Below, in pieces: positions 38,233-43,734 of a DNA stretch of 43,734 nucleotides. The translations under genes were made by a program, and so were the position numbers. The notes below the pieces were generated by a model. The model made no database searches. It saw only the letters and a list, made by a program, of their open reading frames with translations, and was not told where the DNA came from. Each line of letters opens with the position of its first letter. The stretch's first letter is position 1. This DNA comes from Chitinophaga pinensis (GTDB lineage: Bacteria > Bacteroidota > Bacteroidia > NS11-12g > UBA955): the NCBI GenBank assembly GCA_945863965.1, contig CAMBBZ010000003.1:1-43734 (forward strand). The letters run 5' to 3'.

Positions 38233-39642
38233 TTACTTTCCTCTGCCCTGTATCATAGTTAAGGCCGTGTTGAACATGATTTTGATATCAAGACCTAAGG
38301 ACATATTCTCCAAATAGAATACGTCATACTTCATTCGCTCTATCATTTCGGCAACGCTTTCCGCATAACCGTATTTGATTTGTCCCCAGCTAGTAATTCC
38401 TGGCTTTACACGATGTAAACGCTTGTAAAGTGGTGCTTTATCAATGATTTGGTCTATGAAGAACTGTCTTTCCGGTCTTGGGCCTACCAAACTCATTTGG
38501 CCTAAAAGGACATTGAAAAACTGTGGTAATTCGTCTAATCTTGATTTACGCAAAAAGATTCCGATGCGTGTGCGTCGGTCATCAGATTCGCTGCTGAGTC
38601 GCGGACCCAACGATTCAGCATCGACGAACATACTCCTAAATTTGATGATTTTAAAGGGGATTCCCTTATAACCGATTCGTTCTTGGGTAAAAAATATAGG
38701 TCCTTTGGAATCAAAACGGATTAAAGTGGCGATAATCATAAATAGGGGGATGCAAAAAATCAGAGCCAGTAAAGACAATACAATATCCATTCCGCGTTTA
38801 ACGAATTTTTGCCAATAAGGCATTACTTCAAAGTCAACCTCTGCTAATTTAGCGCCTAAAATATTGTTCATTTTCACCATTCCCATGACCATGTTATACT
38901 CGCTTGGTAGCATTTTAACGTGGACTTCTTGGTTTTGAATGGTATCAATAATTTTGGGCACAACGTGTGATTCAGAATCTTCGTTGGCAATAATTACATC
39001 CTCGATTTTATAATCGTTAATTAATGAAACCAGTTGGTCCCACGAACCGAGTATAGATAAGTTGTTTTTGGTATCTTGCTCTGTAATCTTTACAAGACCT
39101 ACAATTTGAAAGCCCTCATAAACATTTGGATTCTTTAATTCTTCTAGCAGTTGTTCGGCGGTTTCCCCCGTGCCAATTACTAATGTTCGGTAGCCCCAAA
39201 TACGCTTTCGAAATTTACTAATTGTATAAGTAGCGTTGAGCAATCGAAGTATTAAAGTAGTAAAGAAGTGGAATATGAATAGGATGCCGAGTGAGGTATA
39301 ATAATCTTGATAATTCGAAACGCTATCATCCAAGATAAATAAGAAAAACAAGATCAAAACACCAAAGATGGAGCTGAACAAGGTGTTCTCAAGTTCTTTA
39401 AGGCGCGAACGTCGCAAAATGTATTGATAATAGCCCGTCATGGCATAAATAAAAATCCAGAACAAAGGAATAAAGAGTAAACCGAGAAAAAGCTTGATAT
39501 CTTGATTTATAGGAATTTGATATCCGTGCTTTACCGCTTCAATTACATTTTTGCGATATAAGAATAAGGCAAGCCAACTTATCACGGCAGCTAAGAAATC
39601 TGCGGCAATATGCCAAAACAATCTAACGGTAGCCGTACGCAT
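38233..39642 (-). CDS. Undecaprenyl-phosphate sugar phosphotransferase (WcaJ/WbaP family)
   Basis: N-terminal TM helices, Rossmann-like LVIGTG, KR.MD, KFRSM, LDELPQF.NVL.G.MSLVGPRP, KPGIT.WGQ. Confidence 0.93.
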   Translation of the reverse strand: MRTATVRLFWHIAADFLAAVISWLALFLYRKNVIEAVKHGYQIPINQDIKLFLGLLFIPLFWIFIYAMTGYYQYILRRSRLKELENTLFSSIFGVLILFFLFILDDSVSNYQDYYTSLGILFIFHFFTTLILRLLNATYTISKFRKRIWGYRTLVIGTGETAEQLLEELKNPNVYEGFQIVGLVKITEQDTKNNLSILGSWDQLVSLINDYKIEDVIIANEDSESHVVPKIIDTIQNQEVHVKMLPSEYNMVMGMVKMNNILGAKLAEVDFEVMPYWQKFVKRGMDIVLSLLALIFCIPLFMIIATLIRFDSKGPIFFTQERIGYKGIPFKIIKFRSMFVDAESLGPRLSSESDDRRTRIGIFLRKSRLDELPQFFNVLLGQMSLVGPRPERQFFIDQIIDKAPLYKRLHRVKPGITSWGQIKYGYAESVAEMIERMKYDVFYLENMSLGLDIKIMFNTALTMIQGRGK

Positions 39643-40538
39643 TATTTTAAATAGCTTAAACGCAGGTTGTCAATGAAAAATTCTCTAGAACCTGCATAAT
39701 TCAGCGGTTTGTCGGCACTAAAGAATATTTCGTACTGGGTATTTGCGGGTTGACCTTGAACTTCATAGATTAAATTGAGGTAAAAGCGTTTCCACGTATT
39801 ATTGGTCGGATTAACGGTAACATAGGGGATGTATTCAATTTTGGAGGATCCAAACCGCCTAATAGCAACCAATACCGGCAGAGCTGTGTTGATATCAAAT
39901 TCCAATACCACGTCGCGCCCGTCGGCAGGGAGATTTGAAATTCTCTGGAAATACGCCAAATCCATACTCCGGAAACTGTCAATATTGGTAAATTCGGAAA
40001 CAAAAACCAATGAGGGTTTGGAAAAGCGCATATTTAAATCAAAAGGTCGAAGCTCAATTTGAGTTCGGTCTAACGCGTCTTTTCTAATAGGCACTAACGT
40101 TGAACTGCTATCTTCAAAATCTTCTTGCCATACAATTTCCACGTTGGAACGATAACGAAATACTGGAGACCAGCTGGTTGTTTTTTCTCGTGTAACTTGC
40201 AACGTATCTGTAAGGATTTCTAAACTCTTATAGGGTACAAGGGTTTGCGAATTTCCATTGTTTTTCACAAAGGGAACTATTTGAATCCGCACCAAACCTT
40301 CCGCATCAATAGGGAATTTACAAGGAATTTCAAACGTTCCCACCGTTTGACTGTTAACGTAAACCTGAACGGCTTTAATATCGTGAATAGAATTTCCTTT
40401 AATCGAGGAGGCCTGTACGTGCACGTCTTTTATTTCTATATAGGAAGGAATAAAGGTGGGTTCAACTTTGCACGAAAGGGCCGTAAGCACTAAGTAAAAA
40501 AACGGTATGAATAGGCGTGTGTGACCCAAAGTGGACAT
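39642..40538 (-). CDS. Hypothetical lipoprotein
   Basis: Lipobox ALSC and a beta-rich mature part. Its stop overlaps the next start (TAATG). Confidence 0.75.
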   Translation of the reverse strand: MSTLGHTRLFIPFFYLVLTALSCKVEPTFIPSYIEIKDVHVQASSIKGNSIHDIKAVQVYVNSQTVGTFEIPCKFPIDAEGLVRIQIVPFVKNNGNSQTLVPYKSLEILTDTLQVTREKTTSWSPVFRYRSNVEIVWQEDFEDSSSTLVPIRKDALDRTQIELRPFDLNMRFSKPSLVFVSEFTNIDSFRSMDLAYFQRISNLPADGRDVVLEFDINTALPVLVAIRRFGSSKIEYIPYVTVNPTNNTWKRFYLNLIYEVQGQPANTQYEIFFSADKPLNYAGSREFFIDNLRLSYLK

Positions 40539-40576
40539 ACCACAAAAGTAAGGAATCTAATTGATAACCACTTTAT

Positions 40577-41545
40577 CTAGAGTGTTTGATACCTGCGCTT
40601 CACTTTTTCACATACAACTTCAACAATATCAGCTACTTCTAGCAAGTGTGTAAGACTGGTGTTGGGCGTTTGTTGCTTATCGATGTTTTCGATAAAATGT
40701 TGTAGTTCAATTTTGCGGACGTTATAGGGTGAAATATGACGTTCTGTGGTGGTTCTGTTTTGGCTAGAAAGGGTTTCCCCTGGGTAAAACTCCATTTCCA
40801 GCGAAAGTTGATCTGTAGATAAAGAAAGGCGGGATTCGTTTAACTGATTTTCAGCTAAATCAATGAGGAGCATATTTTCTTTTTGATAGACCATAATGCG
40901 ATGAACGTTTTTTTCTATGGCACGACCTACGGAAATATGACAAATAGCGTCGTTATGAAACTCAATATGAATATTCAGCAAATCGGGATCTTCTCCAAAC
41001 AGGAACATGGGTCGTGCCGAAATACTGCGAATGGGTGATTTCATTATCCGTTGTAACAAGTCAAATTCTTCGGAAATATGTTCGAAAATCCACGTATCGA
41101 ATTTGCCACGTTTTGGCACCGAACAATGCTTTTCAACCTTTACAAAACGGGGTTTGTTAATTAATTGCAATGCGGCATTGGCAATCGGCAAACCCTGTAG
41201 GGTATTCCCAAATTGAAAAACGGTCCGACTTTCAATTCGCAATTTTTCAATTTCCTCTACTTCAGCACTCGACCACTCTCTAAAACCATCAATGAAAACA
41301 TGTTTGCCAAAACGGATTAGCTGACGGATAATTTCAAAGTCGAGCTGTTGAACCTGTTTGCCGACGATGAAAATATCCCCTTTTTGAATCAATTCCATCA
41401 TGGCGAAGAAATCTTCGAACAAATCTTTGTTGTTAGAATCATCGGGATCCATAAATCCAACTACGTTAATACCCTTAAAACGTGTCAATTCTGTGGTGTA
41501 TTCTTGTATAGATTGGGAAGACCCCAAAAGGATTACCTTTTTCAT
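40577..41545 (-). CDS. Degenerate Gfo/Idh/MocA-family oxidoreductase-like protein
   Basis: MKKVILLG, VVGFMDPD, GKHVFI, FQFG, EL.HF. Divergent from pcm. Probable start is 41545. Confidence 0.65.
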   Translation of the reverse strand: MKKVILLGSSQSIQEYTTELTRFKGINVVGFMDPDDSNNKDLFEDFFAMMELIQKGDIFIVGKQVQQLDFEIIRQLIRFGKHVFIDGFREWSSAEVEEIEKLRIESRTVFQFGNTLQGLPIANAALQLINKPRFVKVEKHCSVPKRGKFDTWIFEHISEEFDLLQRIMKSPIRSISARPMFLFGEDPDLLNIHIEFHNDAICHISVGRAIEKNVHRIMVYQKENMLLIDLAENQLNESRLSLSTDQLSLEMEFYPGETLSSQNRTTTERHISPYNVRKIELQHFIENIDKQQTPNTSLTHLLEVADIVEVVCEKVKRRYQTL

Positions 41546-41638
41546 TAATGCAATTGTTCTAACTTTGTTGGTAGCAAAAATGCTTCTTTCAAATAAAACT
41601 AAGAGAAACGATTTCGCACAAATTGTGAAGAAGGTATT

Positions 41639-42286
41639 ATGATAGATACAGCCGTACATCAAGGACGTAGACACAAGCTAATTAGAGAATTAGCGGCTAA
41701 AGGCATTGATAATAGTGCGGTTTTGTCTGCCATGATCAAAGTTCCTAGGCATTGGTTCTTCCCCAAAGATTTCGAACAATATGCCTATCGCGATGCGGCT
41801 TTCCCCATAGGGCATGAACAAACTATTTCACAACCATTTACGGTCGCATATCAGTCTCAACTTATTGATATTCAAAAAGGTGAGCGTGTATTAGAAATTG
41901 GAACTGGCAGTGGGTATCAAGCTGCAGTTCTCTTGGAAATGGGAGTCGAATTGTATACTATTGAATACATTAAACCCTTACTGCAAAAAGCAGCTGTTTT
42001 ATTGAAGCCCTACAAAGATCGGGTTCGATTAATACACGGTGATGGCAGTAATGGGGTTTTAAAATACGCGCCTTATGATGCCATAATCGTTACCGCAGGT
42101 GCCCCCACCATACAAAACGAGTTATTAAAACAACTAAAAATAGGAGGGAAGTTGGTTATCCCAGTTGGAAATAGCCGTGAAACTCAGAAAATGCACCGCC
42201 TAACCCGTATGTCGGAGAATAAATTTCATCGGGAAGTTCTTGGACAATTTAAGTTTGTTCCCTTAGTGGGCGAGGGCGGATGGTAA
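41639..42286 (+). CDS. pcm: Protein-L-isoaspartate O-methyltransferase
   Basis: VPRH.F, QTISQP, VLEIGTGSGYQAA, APYDAIIVTAG, FVPLVG. Confidence 0.96.
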   Translation: MIDTAVHQGRRHKLIRELAAKGIDNSAVLSAMIKVPRHWFFPKDFEQYAYRDAAFPIGHEQTISQPFTVAYQSQLIDIQKGERVLEIGTGSGYQAAVLLEMGVELYTIEYIKPLLQKAAVLLKPYKDRVRLIHGDGSNGVLKYAPYDAIIVTAGAPTIQNELLKQLKIGGKLVIPVGNSRETQKMHRLTRMSENKFHREVLGQFKFVPLVGEGGW

Positions 42287-42366
42287 AAAGGACCTACGAA
42301 TAGGTCTTAAAGCCTTTCCTTACAAATCGTGTTACTTCCTTTGGGCGTTATTAGTGGCTCGAAGGA

Positions 42367-43644
42367 TTAACCCATTGCTGCTTCTATTTCTTCGGTTGTT
42401 ATGGGGAAGCCTTCCATCAAATCTATTACAGCGCCATCGTGGAGCCAAAAATCGTTTTCGATTCGAATGCCAATTCCTTCTGCGGGGATGTAGATTCCTG
42501 GTTCTATGGTTAAAACAGAATCTACCGGTATGGGCTCAAATCGGTGCATTACATCGTGCACATCAAGTCCTAAATGGTGGCTGGTTCCGTGCATGAAGTA
42601 TTTTAAATAACTCTTAGGATTGTTCTTAATATCTTCCGATGTAAACAATCCAAGTTGTACTAATTTTTCATTGGTGAATGCGCCTACTTCAGTGTGATAT
42701 TCAGGAAGCAATAACTCAGGTTTTAATATTGATTTCGCAAATTCATGTACCTCTAAAACGGCATCGTAAACTTCTTTTTGACGTTTAGAAAACCGACCAT
42801 TTACCGGAATACACCGGGTACAATCGCCGTTATAATTAGCGTATTCAGCACCAAAATCAAGCAGTAATAAATCACCTTCGTTACAAATTTTATTATTTTC
42901 AATGTAATGCAATACACAAGCGGAACTGCCGCTTGCAATGATTGGATCGAAAGCAAATCCTAAGCTTCGGTTACGAACAAATTCGTGTATGATTTCGGCC
43001 TCAATTTCATACTCCATAACACCGGGTTTTATGAATTTTAATGCACGATAAAGACCTTTTTGTGTAATTTTAATGGCTTCCTTTAATAAATTAATTTCTA
43101 ATGCGGATTTTGACATTCGCAAACGCGATAGAATAGGCGCAATACGGTTAATACCGTGCGCGGGATATCGCTGCTTTAGTTCTTGGGCCATCCAAAGATT
43201 GGCATAGGGCACTTGACTGGTAAATCGATCGTTTTCGTTTAAATTTACGTATAAGTTTTCCGCCATTAAAATTATCGCATGCAGTGTTTGCCACATTTCA
43301 TGGTACCAAAAAACGGATTGTATGCCTGAATTTTCATACACTTGGGAAGGACTTAATCGGGCACCGTCCCAAACAGCTATTTTCTCATTGGTTTCTTTTA
43401 CAAAAATGAATTCTCTGAATTGGGGATCGGGACAATCTGGAAATAAAACCAACAGGGTATCTTCTTGGTCTACGCCACTCAGATAAAACAAATCACTCTG
43501 CTGTCTAAAACTGAAAAATGCATCACCATTTCTCGGGGTTTCCCAATTGCTATGAAAGAAAGCCATGCTGCCGCTGGGTATTTTTTCGGCAAGTTTTTTA
43601 CGATTTTCGACAAATAATTCCTGTGGAATGCGATTGTATTTCAT
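42367..43644 (-). CDS. pepP: Xaa-Pro aminopeptidase (M24B)
   Basis: FRQQSDLFYLSG, LHY, LLDFGAEY..Y.GDCTR, HGTSHHLGLDVHD, TIEPGIY, GIRIEND. Confidence 0.92.
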   Translation of the reverse strand: MKYNRIPQELFVENRKKLAEKIPSGSMAFFHSNWETPRNGDAFFSFRQQSDLFYLSGVDQEDTLLVLFPDCPDPQFREFIFVKETNEKIAVWDGARLSPSQVYENSGIQSVFWYHEMWQTLHAIILMAENLYVNLNENDRFTSQVPYANLWMAQELKQRYPAHGINRIAPILSRLRMSKSALEINLLKEAIKITQKGLYRALKFIKPGVMEYEIEAEIIHEFVRNRSLGFAFDPIIASGSSACVLHYIENNKICNEGDLLLLDFGAEYANYNGDCTRCIPVNGRFSKRQKEVYDAVLEVHEFAKSILKPELLLPEYHTEVGAFTNEKLVQLGLFTSEDIKNNPKSYLKYFMHGTSHHLGLDVHDVMHRFEPIPVDSVLTIEPGIYIPAEGIGIRIENDFWLHDGAVIDLMEGFPITTEEIEAAMG

Positions 43645-43734
43645 GGTTGTGTCAGTTTTTCTTATACAAAAATAGGTATCTCCTAATATATTATCGGGTG
43701 TGGTTTGTCATTATTTTGATGTATTCCATTAATT

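Noticed and set aside
42290-42307. Hairpin GGACCTA-CGAA-TAGGTCT between pcm and pepP
   Set aside because: Possibly a weak terminator, but too short to call with confidence.

Overview
Chromosomal window from a Bacteroidota bacterium. This assignment rests on TAnnTTTG -7 promoters, type IX secretion and gliding genes, and no obvious Shine-Dalgarno motifs at the starts inspected. Housekeeping content: tRNA-Lys, tRNA-Gly, RNase P RNA, gatB, a gldJ-porP/porU-porV T9SS locus, an acyl-CoA carboxylase (beta subunit, accB, accC), namZ with a lolE-like permease, gyrB, pcm and pepP. The most striking element is a tightly coupled operon behind gatB (15152->8221, minus strand). It encodes a DltA-like adenylation enzyme, a GNAT, a DltC-like carrier protein, an SGNH protein, an SGNH-LysM2 protein and an MBOAT ending in a DltX-like FYYLQF motif. 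This looks like a complete Dlt-type acyl relay joined to a PatA/PatB/Ape-type peptidoglycan O-acylation module, suggesting peptidoglycan O-aminoacylation in a Gram-negative organism. Other oddities are a type I secretion ABC protein with no ATPase domain, a sigma54-type promoter before an unknown secreted protein, several probable leaderless genes, head-to-head overlapping namZ/lolE, a pair of nuclease-fold genes behind an operator-like repeat, a degenerate ~79-bp tandem repeat and a probable pseudo-oxidoreductase. All calls come from reading motifs by eye; no database searches were run.
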